This document shows positions 45,697 through 53,799 of a stretch of 56,685 nt of DNA, piece by piece. The notes under the pieces are model-generated. The model saw only the letters and a list, made by a program, of their open reading frames with translations, was not told where the DNA came from and did no database searches. This DNA comes from a bacterium. GTDB taxonomy: Bacteria > Verrucomicrobiota > Kiritimatiellia > RFP12 > UBA1067. The stretch lies in the NCBI GenBank assembly GCA_037141675.1, contig JBAXCC010000001.1:1-56685 (forward strand), given 5' to 3'. The stretch's first letter is position 1. Every line of letters begins with the position of its first letter. The position numbers and the translations under genes were made by a program.

Positions 45697-47475
45697 GTGA
45701 ATATTTCGCTTTTCACGATCACGTGTGTAGTGCTTCCCTGTTGGTTGATTGCCCATGCGCAACCGAATGTCATTGTCATGTTGGCGGATGATGCTGGTTG
45801 GGGCGATTATCATTCAAGTGGAAACATGAATGTTGAGACACCACAGATTGATTCCATTGCTAAAAACGGGGTTAGCTTTGAAAACTTTTATGTCTGTTCT
45901 GTCTGCTCCCCAACACGTGCCGAGTTTTTGACAGGGCGATATTATTTGCGGACCGGTGTGCATGGGGTCTCGTTGGGTGCCGAGCGCTTGAATCTTGACG
46001 AGCGTACCATTGCGGATTCCTTTAAGGCTGCTGGATATGCGACAGGCGCCTTTGGTAAATGGCACAATGGCAGCCAATATCCGTACCATCCTCGTGCACG
46101 AGGATTTGATGAATTCTACGGATATACTGCAGGTCATTGGGGTGAATATATTGACCCGCCGCTTGAGCGCAATGGGCGTATGGAACGCGCGAAAGGTTAT
46201 ATCGTCGATGCCTGCACCGATGAGGCGATTCGCTTTATCAAGAAGAATAAAGATGCTCCTTTTTTCTGTTATGTTCCATTTACAACCCCGCATTCCCCAT
46301 GGGCTGTACCAGAGTCTTACTGGACTCGGTTTAAAGATAAAGCGCTTAAGCAGCAACGGCCTGGGGGTGATGAAACCCTTGACTTTACGCGTTGTGCGCT
46401 CGCAATGGTTGAAAATCAGGATTGGAATGTGGGCCGCATCTTGAAAACGCTGGAGGAACTGAATATTTCCGATAAGACGATCGTCGTCTATTTTTCAGAC
46501 AATGGTCCGAATTCGGGGCGTTGGAATGGCGGGATGAAGGGCCGTAAGGGAAGTGTGGACGAGGGAGGTCTGCGTTCAGTCTGCTATTTGCGGTGGCCGT
46601 CTAATGTGAAGAGCGGACAATCGGTTAATACGATTTGTGGAGCGATTGATTTGATGCCGACGTTGCTCTCATTGGCAGAGGTTAAGCGCGTGGGCGATAA
46701 GCCATTAGACGGCTTAGATGTGTCACCGCTTATGCGTGGGGAAACCGTGAAGTGGAATGACCGTATGATTTTTTCGGTGTGGGGAAAACAGTCCAGTGTG
46801 CGTACGCAACAATATCGGGGGAACGCCAAGGAACTTTATGATATTCAAGCTGATAGAGGGCAGACAAAAAATGTTGCTGGCGAGCAATCGGCAGCAGCAA
46901 ATAAATTGGCGATAGCGTTGAATAATTGGAAATTGAGCCTCCCGGATTTAACGGACGATGCGAAAAAAAATGGGACGGTCGATCCTCGAAAGATTGATAT
47001 TGGGTATAACGTTTTCCCAGTTACGATGCTCCCGGCTCGAGATGGTGAACCATCTGGCGGTATCACGCGCAGTTCAAGTGCACCCAACTGCTCCTATTTC
47101 ATAAATTGGACTTCACCACAGGACAAGGTAGTGTGGAATGTTGACGTTCAACAGGAAGGGGATTACGAAGTTACGATTGACTATACGTGTCCTGCTTCAG
47201 ATTTGGGGTCAATCGTTGAGCTTTCTCTTAATGAAGCGAGTCTCAAAGCTAAAATTACGGAAGCATGGAATCCGCCGCTGTATACAAACCAAGATACCGT
47301 GCCACGTCCTAAGGCCGAATCACACATGAAACCCTTTAAAAATATGAAGTTGGCGAATATGCATCTTAAGAAGGGACGCGGCGAGTTGACCATACGCGCG
47401 CTGGAAGTTCCAGGGGAGACGGTCATGGATCTTCGTCGGTTAACCATAACGCTTATAAAAAAGGAAACACGATGA
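45697..47475 (+). CDS. Sulfatase (formylglycine type) with extra C-terminal beta-sandwich-like domain
   Basis: Signal peptide, DDAGWGD, CxPxR motif CSPTR at 45904-45918 (VCSVCSPTRAEFLTGRY), and a ~130-aa non-catalytic tail. GTG start is preceded by GAGG. Confidence 0.9.
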   Translation: MNISLFTITCVVLPCWLIAHAQPNVIVMLADDAGWGDYHSSGNMNVETPQIDSIAKNGVSFENFYVCSVCSPTRAEFLTGRYYLRTGVHGVSLGAERLNLDERTIADSFKAAGYATGAFGKWHNGSQYPYHPRARGFDEFYGYTAGHWGEYIDPPLERNGRMERAKGYIVDACTDEAIRFIKKNKDAPFFCYVPFTTPHSPWAVPESYWTRFKDKALKQQRPGGDETLDFTRCALAMVENQDWNVGRILKTLEELNISDKTIVVYFSDNGPNSGRWNGGMKGRKGSVDEGGLRSVCYLRWPSNVKSGQSVNTICGAIDLMPTLLSLAEVKRVGDKPLDGLDVSPLMRGETVKWNDRMIFSVWGKQSSVRTQQYRGNAKELYDIQADRGQTKNVAGEQSAAANKLAIALNNWKLSLPDLTDDAKKNGTVDPRKIDIGYNVFPVTMLPARDGEPSGGITRSSSAPNCSYFINWTSPQDKVVWNVDVQQEGDYEVTIDYTCPASDLGSIVELSLNEASLKAKITEAWNPPLYTNQDTVPRPKAESHMKPFKNMKLANMHLKKGRGELTIRALEVPGETVMDLRRLTITLIKKETR

Positions 47476-50357
47476 ATCAGGTACTCAATTTAATGGCGTC
47501 GAACAACATCGGAACTGGAAATAGACGCATGAAATGCTATTACATTGCTTGGGGGGTGGCTTTATTCGCTTCATTGATAGTAAATTCTGCGGATTTGAGC
47601 GAGATGGTCTTCAATGGCAGGGACGACGGCACAAAGGAGATGTCGCTACTCAAAAAGGATGTCAATCAGGTGTCGATCCGTTTTCTGATTCGTCCCAAGA
47701 ATGGGCAAGAGGGAATGACCTCTATTCTTTCGTGCGATGGCTGGCAGGAAGGTGCCCTGCATCTGCTGTATGTGGATGAACGTTCGATTCAGTTTAGTCT
47801 GAATGGCTTAAATGTCGATGGCGAAGGTCATGATGTGCGTACTCGCATTTCGGTGCCGGCAGGCTCGCAGACGTATGTGCATGTGGCCATTGTCTTTGAT
47901 GGTGTTGGCAAGACGATGACGTTCTACAAGAATGGCAACAAGACCAAGCAGTGCAAAATTAATGTTGCGCCAAAGATTAATTTACTGAGGCGTAGTTTTT
48001 TAGGATCGTGGGAGGGCAAGTCCCGCTTCTTCAAGGGGCGCCTGGCTGACTTTAAGATCGAGGAACGGCTGATGACTGCGGAGGACGTGCGGCAGGAGGC
48101 TGAGTCCTATAAGCTTGCAGAAGCCCTTCCAAAGCCTGCTGATCACTCGGCGGAATTAAAAGTGGCTAAGAAAATGTTACTGGATAAAGGCATTCAGCAC
48201 GTTGTTTTTGTCAAACGCAATACCTATACGGCGAATCACTACTATACCGAGTTTATCAATAGTGCTTGGTTGCCGGGTGGAAATATATGCGTGTTGGATG
48301 TAGAGACGGGGAAAGTGCGTGATGTCGTGTCAGGGCTCGAGGGTGGGGCATTCGAACGCTTTGATCTTTCTTATGATGCAAAACGTATTGTCTTTGCTTG
48401 GAAGGGCAACCCCGAGCAAGGGCATCGCATTTATGAAGTGAACGTGGATGGGACAGGGCTTCGTCAGTTGACCTTCCCGCAAGCGGATGAAGCGGAACTT
48501 ATCAAGAAATATCGTACGGGCTATCACCATGGCACGGATGATCTGCAACCGTGCTATCTGCCGGATGGCAGCATTGCGTTTGTTTCCACCCGTTGCCAGT
48601 TCGGTATTTTGTGCGATACGCCTGACAATTTTACGACTACCGTTTTGCACCGCATGGATGCCGACGGCAAGAACATCAAGCAGTTAAGCCGCGGTTCGGT
48701 CAGCGAAACCATGCCCTCCATCATGCCAGATGGACGTATTCTGTATACGCGCTGGGAATATGTGGATAAAGGGGCGGTGAGTGTGAAATGCCTCTGGGCT
48801 ATGCGTCCGGACGGGACAGCGTCAAGTGAAGTGTATGGCAATGATATCGCGCTGCCGCCAACCCTCAATATGGGGCGCGTGATTCCAGGAACCCCTAACC
48901 AGTATGTCGTGTGCGGTGTGCCGCATTATCCTCAAAATAATTTCGGCACGATCATTCGTCTCGACATGAACAAGAATATTCGAACCCGCGAACCCATGAC
49001 CTACATGACGCCTCAGGTGGACGTGCGAGGTGAGGGCGGATGGGAGTTTTTTGATACGGAAACAGAAAAATGGAGTAGAAACGGACATGGACTTGGACCG
49101 CTCTTCTCGGAACCCTATCCGCTGTCAATGGATTGCTTCCTGGTTTCCTACAAGCCTACGGATGAAGGAGCGGCCACTCAGGCCAATGGCTACGGGCTCT
49201 ATCTGCTGAATGACAAGGGGGCCACGACGCTCCTCTACCGCGATCCCGAGATTTCATGCTGGCGCGCAATCCCGTTGGTTTCGCGAAAGGTGCCTCCCGT
49301 GCTCTCCTCTCCGAGGAACAAGGAGCTAGCTGCGAAAAACCTTGCGCACTGCATGGTTCAGAATGTCTATCACGGACTTTCTGGCGTTACCCCGGGTACC
49401 ATCAAGTATATTCGTGTGCTGGAACAGATGGGACGGCCATGGGCTGCGCAAATGGCGCGAGCGCCCTTGCCGAATGGCAAGACGGCTATGTTCCCGGAGG
49501 ATTACGATCAGCAGCATATCTGCGTCTCAAAAGACACGGCCCTTGGGTTGAAGGTGCAGCATGGCATTGTTCCTGTTGAGGCGGATGGTTCAGCGAATTT
49601 CCTCGTACCCGCGACTGGCAATGTATTCTTTCAGGTTTTAGATGCCCAGTATATGGCGGTTCAAACAGAACGCACCTTTGTGGATTATATGCCCGGTGAG
49701 TCTCGTGCGTGCATTGGCTGTCATGAAACACCGGAGGATGCGACGCGTTACAGGGAGATAGAATCTTCTAATAAAGGGCAGCCGCTTGCCTTTAAACGTA
49801 GCCCGTCCATGCCTGGACCTCAACCTGGCGAGAAGCAGGGAGGCCGTCCATTGCACTACGAGACAGATGTTCAACCGGTTTTTGACAAGCATTGTGTGAG
49901 TTGCCATTCCGGCAATCAGCCCAAGGGAGGAATGAGTCTGTCAGGCGAACGGACCCGCATGTTTAGTGTGTCCTACGAATCACTCGTGCCGGAGCGAAGG
50001 AAAAGTCCGCGCTTGGATCGCGGCGTTCTGGGCCTTGTCATCGGAGAGAATCATCCGAAGACCGGCAATGTCAGTTATCTGCCGGCTTACTCGCTCGGGT
50101 CAACGACGGCACTGCTGTCCGGAATCATTGGGTGTCCGACCTGCGCGCAGGATCCTAAAGGACTTGTTGCAAAGCATGCCGAGGTCGCAAAGAAGATCAC
50201 ACAGGAGGAACGTCTTCGCGTGACAAACTGGATTGACACGAACTGCCAATACTATGGCAGTTACTGGTATCGTCGTAACAAAGAAGTCTTCGCGACGCAT
50301 CCCGACTTCCGTCGTGTACCGACGTATGAAGATGCCTTGCGCACAATTGCCCAATAA
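47472..50357 (+). CDS. Exported LamG-like lectin + TolB-like beta-propeller + dihaem c-type cytochrome protein (HzsA-like paralogue 1)
   Basis: ATGA overlap with the sulfatase stop. Alternative ATG 47529 gives signal MKCYYIAWGVALFASLIVNSA. LamG-like ...FFKGRLADFKIEERLMTAEDV, propeller motifs PDGSIAFVSTR and PDGRILYTRWEYVDKG. CxxCH at 49710-49724 (CIGCH) and 49893-49907 (CVSCH). Family naming is from memory and was not searched. Confidence 0.7.
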   Translation: MNQVLNLMASNNIGTGNRRMKCYYIAWGVALFASLIVNSADLSEMVFNGRDDGTKEMSLLKKDVNQVSIRFLIRPKNGQEGMTSILSCDGWQEGALHLLYVDERSIQFSLNGLNVDGEGHDVRTRISVPAGSQTYVHVAIVFDGVGKTMTFYKNGNKTKQCKINVAPKINLLRRSFLGSWEGKSRFFKGRLADFKIEERLMTAEDVRQEAESYKLAEALPKPADHSAELKVAKKMLLDKGIQHVVFVKRNTYTANHYYTEFINSAWLPGGNICVLDVETGKVRDVVSGLEGGAFERFDLSYDAKRIVFAWKGNPEQGHRIYEVNVDGTGLRQLTFPQADEAELIKKYRTGYHHGTDDLQPCYLPDGSIAFVSTRCQFGILCDTPDNFTTTVLHRMDADGKNIKQLSRGSVSETMPSIMPDGRILYTRWEYVDKGAVSVKCLWAMRPDGTASSEVYGNDIALPPTLNMGRVIPGTPNQYVVCGVPHYPQNNFGTIIRLDMNKNIRTREPMTYMTPQVDVRGEGGWEFFDTETEKWSRNGHGLGPLFSEPYPLSMDCFLVSYKPTDEGAATQANGYGLYLLNDKGATTLLYRDPEISCWRAIPLVSRKVPPVLSSPRNKELAAKNLAHCMVQNVYHGLSGVTPGTIKYIRVLEQMGRPWAAQMARAPLPNGKTAMFPEDYDQQHICVSKDTALGLKVQHGIVPVEADGSANFLVPATGNVFFQVLDAQYMAVQTERTFVDYMPGESRACIGCHETPEDATRYREIESSNKGQPLAFKRSPSMPGPQPGEKQGGRPLHYETDVQPVFDKHCVSCHSGNQPKGGMSLSGERTRMFSVSYESLVPERRKSPRLDRGVLGLVIGENHPKTGNVSYLPAYSLGSTTALLSGIIGCPTCAQDPKGLVAKHAEVAKKITQEERLRVTNWIDTNCQYYGSYWYRRNKEVFATHPDFRRVPTYEDALRTIAQ

Positions 50358-50404
50358 GGTAATATATTACCCAAAATGTATTTGAGATGTCTAAAGGGGA
50401 AATC

Positions 50405-53400
50405 ATGAAAAATGGGAAATTTGTTTTTTTAATGGGTCTGAGCAGTTTTTTATTTTCAGGCATTGCTCTTGCACAAAAAGAATTGTCACTGGATGACGTG
50501 CGTAAGCTGGGCGATGCCGCTGCTGTTCGTTATGTGAGTCCGATGGTGACGGTGAAGACGCCGGGGTATAAGGTTGAAGTTGAGGCGGACTTACGTGGTG
50601 CAAAGATTGTGACGCTGATTGTGACCGACGGAGGGAATGGCTATGGGTGTGACCATACGGATGTGTTGGAGCCTCGGTTCATTGGCACATTCGGTGAAAA
50701 GAAGCTGACGGACCTGAACTACATTCATGGAGAGACGGGGTGGGGGACGATCAACAAAAACAAAAGCGTGGCTGGAAGTCCTCTGAAGGTTCTTGAACGA
50801 ACCTATTTGAATGGCATCGGCATACATTCGCCTGGCGTATTGATGTATGCGCTACCAGAGGGAATCGAATCATTCAAGGCTGTTGTGGCCTTAGATAATT
50901 CAGGGACATCGCAGGGCAACTCGGCTCCCAGTTCCGTTCAGTTCATTGTCTATGCCGGAACTCCTCCTGAGACCATGCTTAACGCATTTCGCCTGAAGGC
51001 CCTTCCTGATCTGGAAGCGAAGGCTCGGATGGAAGAGATGATTGCCAAGCACGGGGACTCTTTTGCGATGAAAGAATATATGATGGTGCAGCGTGAAATC
51101 ACCACGCCGCCACGTTCGCAGGGAGGTGTTGCCGATAATGAGACTCGTGCTGCGCAGGCCTTGAATAGCCAAGCGACTATCTGGAAGAGCGATCGCGATC
51201 CATTAGATGTGCGTGTCCGTCGCCTACGTGCATTGTATGAAGATTTGAAAGGTTCTGTGAATCTATCCTCCTACGAAGCTGGCCTTGTTGAGGTTGAAAA
51301 GACCTGCAAGGAGTTACCGCTGACCGCAATGGATAAGCGTATAGAGGCCTATCTTCGCGCGGACGAATTGTGCCGCGAAATCGCCCTTAAGAATCCGCTG
51401 CTGGCTAAAATTGAAAAGTTGCTCTTTATTACGCGCGAAGCGCTCAAAGCGGATGAATTCGGCTTTGGTAACCACATGTGCGATCAATATTTCGGATTTC
51501 ATGCAACACGTTTGGGCCAAGTCAAGGGGAATGGACTTTTTGTCCTTGAGAAGCCTTTCAGTAAAGACCAGAAGGTTGTCAATCTGCTGGAAAACAGTGT
51601 CATACAGAATGGTCGTATGAAGGGCGAGAAGCTTGGGGATGGTGGTTTTTTGCGTCCAGATCTCTCGTTTGATGGCAAGCGCATCCTCTTCAGCTATACG
51701 GACGGCATCGGACCTGTCAGGAAATGGGATGAGAAGAATTGCTTCCACGTCTTTTCTGTCAACAGTGACGGAACCGACTTGCGCATGATTACCGACGGGG
51801 AGGTTAATGACTTATTCCCCACGTGGTTGCCTAATGGACGTGTTGTATTTATCACTGAACGGCGTGGCGGATATGGTCGCTGTCATGGACGTCCAGTGCC
51901 GAGCTTTACGTTGCATTCGATGTATGATGATGGTACGGACATTGTTCGTTTCAGCCCGCATGAGACGAACGAGTGGCTTCCCAGTGTCGATCAAGCTGGC
52001 ATGATCGTCTATACGCGCTGGGACTATGTTGACCGCGGGTTCAATCAGGCGCACCATCCCTGGATTACCTATCCCGATGGACGTGACTCCCGTGCGATCA
52101 ATGGCAATACCCACGTTTCGCAGCGCACGGCTCCGCACATGATCATGAATGTGCGGGCCATTCCAGACTCGCCCTGCTATGTGGGCTTGGCTTCAGGACA
52201 TCATACGGAATCGCGCGGGTCATTGGTTTGGATTGACCCACGTATCCCAGATGACGATTCGATGGCTCAGATCAAACGTATTACGCCGGATCAGCTTTTC
52301 CCCGAAGCAGAATTTTATATCACAAAGGCATCAGGTGCTTATGCATCACCTTGGCCACTCTCTGAAAAGTATTTATTGTGCGTGTATGATGGATACGGCA
52401 ATGCTCAGTATGGGGAGATTGTTGATGTGAAACGCAATTACGGAATTACCCTGCTGGATGCCTTTGGCAATCGTGTACTGATCTATCGTAATCCGCTGAT
52501 ATCCTGCCTTGATCCGATGCCGATGATGGCGCGCAAGCGTCCGCCTGTGTTGCAGCACGGTACGTTGGTGGGATTGCCCCCGAATGCAGATGGGACAAAG
52601 CCAACGCCTATTCCTCCGGACAAGCTTCCGAAGATGGCGAAAATGGGACTGATGAATGTTTACAATTCTCGCCGCCCATTCCCGCCCGATACAAAGATAA
52701 CCGCGTTGCGCGTCTGGCAGGTCTTACCCAAGACAACGCCGATCGCCAATAATCCGCGCATGGGCATGGGGGATCAGAAACCGTCGCGCATTTGCCTTGG
52801 CACTGTTCCCGTTGACCCGGATGGAAGCGCCTTTTTTGAAGTCCCGGTCGGGGCTCCAATCTTTTTACACGCCTTGGGTGAAGATGGTTCTGCGGTTCAA
52901 GGTATGCGCAGTATCACCTATACCTTCCCGGGTGAAACACTGATGTGCAATGGATGCCACGATCAGCGTGTCGGTTCTCAACCCCCTCGCATTCAGCCCA
53001 CGGCTATGAAGCGTGCACCATCTGTCATCAAGCCAGAGGGCGACGGGACAAACCCCTTCAATTATCCGAGGCTTGTTCAACCAATTCTTGACAAGAATTG
53101 CGTAGCCTGTCATGACCAGAAGCGCGCTGAAGGCAAAAAGACGCCGGATCTTGCCAAAGGCGATTGGAAGAAGAATGCTCACAAGTTCTACACTTCGTTC
53201 AATCAGTTGAAACCCTACGTCATGTTTTATGATAGCGCCTCGTTTACTCAGTCCTATACGGAGCCAGGAAAATTCGGCGCACGCGGATCAAAGCTTTATC
53301 CGATGCTCCGTAAGGGGCATCATGATGTCAAACTCACGGATGATGAATGGCACCGTCTTATTATATGGCTCGATTCCAATTGCACATTTTTTGGGCATGA

Positions 53401-53455
53401 GGCAGAGATCGACAAGCAAGCAGCAGGCGAGATCGTTCCGATTCCGATGTATTAA
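50405..53455 (+). CDS. Exported NPCBM-like + TolB-like beta-propeller + dihaem c-type cytochrome protein (HzsA-like paralogue 2)
   Basis: Signal MKNGKFVFLMGLSSFLFSGIALA (ATG 50405 after AGGGGA; alternative ATG 50387). NPCBM-like LTDLNYIHGETGWGTINKN...YLNGIGIHSPGVLMYAL...FKAVVALDN...VQFIVYAG, plus YTRWDYVDRG. CxxCH at 52946-52960 (CNGCH) and 53099-53113 (CVACH). Confidence 0.7.
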   Translation: MKNGKFVFLMGLSSFLFSGIALAQKELSLDDVRKLGDAAAVRYVSPMVTVKTPGYKVEVEADLRGAKIVTLIVTDGGNGYGCDHTDVLEPRFIGTFGEKKLTDLNYIHGETGWGTINKNKSVAGSPLKVLERTYLNGIGIHSPGVLMYALPEGIESFKAVVALDNSGTSQGNSAPSSVQFIVYAGTPPETMLNAFRLKALPDLEAKARMEEMIAKHGDSFAMKEYMMVQREITTPPRSQGGVADNETRAAQALNSQATIWKSDRDPLDVRVRRLRALYEDLKGSVNLSSYEAGLVEVEKTCKELPLTAMDKRIEAYLRADELCREIALKNPLLAKIEKLLFITREALKADEFGFGNHMCDQYFGFHATRLGQVKGNGLFVLEKPFSKDQKVVNLLENSVIQNGRMKGEKLGDGGFLRPDLSFDGKRILFSYTDGIGPVRKWDEKNCFHVFSVNSDGTDLRMITDGEVNDLFPTWLPNGRVVFITERRGGYGRCHGRPVPSFTLHSMYDDGTDIVRFSPHETNEWLPSVDQAGMIVYTRWDYVDRGFNQAHHPWITYPDGRDSRAINGNTHVSQRTAPHMIMNVRAIPDSPCYVGLASGHHTESRGSLVWIDPRIPDDDSMAQIKRITPDQLFPEAEFYITKASGAYASPWPLSEKYLLCVYDGYGNAQYGEIVDVKRNYGITLLDAFGNRVLIYRNPLISCLDPMPMMARKRPPVLQHGTLVGLPPNADGTKPTPIPPDKLPKMAKMGLMNVYNSRRPFPPDTKITALRVWQVLPKTTPIANNPRMGMGDQKPSRICLGTVPVDPDGSAFFEVPVGAPIFLHALGEDGSAVQGMRSITYTFPGETLMCNGCHDQRVGSQPPRIQPTAMKRAPSVIKPEGDGTNPFNYPRLVQPILDKNCVACHDQKRAEGKKTPDLAKGDWKKNAHKFYTSFNQLKPYVMFYDSASFTQSYTEPGKFGARGSKLYPMLRKGHHDVKLTDDEWHRLIIWLDSNCTFFGHEAEIDKQAAGEIVPIPMY

Positions 53456-53477
53456 CGGGAAGACTCGGGATGATGGA

Positions 53478-53643
53478 TTTTTGAAACTCGAAACTTGAAA
53501 CTGGGTGTCCGGCGGCTCACCGAGACAATTCGCCCTATCTGCTTCGCACAGGTCAACTTTCTGATCCGAAGTCGGTAGGGCGAACCGTCTCGGTGAGCCG
53601 CAAAGAGAAATGCCGTTTTTGTGAATTTTGAGCTTTCAAACTT
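53478..53643. repeat. Nested imperfect palindromic element (REP/MITE-like)
   Basis: 26-nt arms GCGGCTCACCGAGACAATTCGCCCTA (53512-53537) and TAGGGCGAACCGTCTCGGTGAGCCGC (53576-53601) are complementary at 24 of 26 positions, with a 38-nt spacer containing CTTCG/CGAAG. The left flank has YGAAACT x3 (53482-53502). The right flank has a partly complementary TTTCAAACTT segment. Confidence 0.75.
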
Positions 53644-53799
53644 AAAGCCCTAGGCCGCCAAAAACCAAAACACTTTTTTTGCCAATTTATGAGACTAGGC
53701 AGGTAGGGGAGTACTTGTTATACTTTAGGCTAATGTGTTCTTCTTTTTTGATTCTGGGTCTTTGCTTTCGTAGATAATTGGACACAGCTAGGAGTCGTT

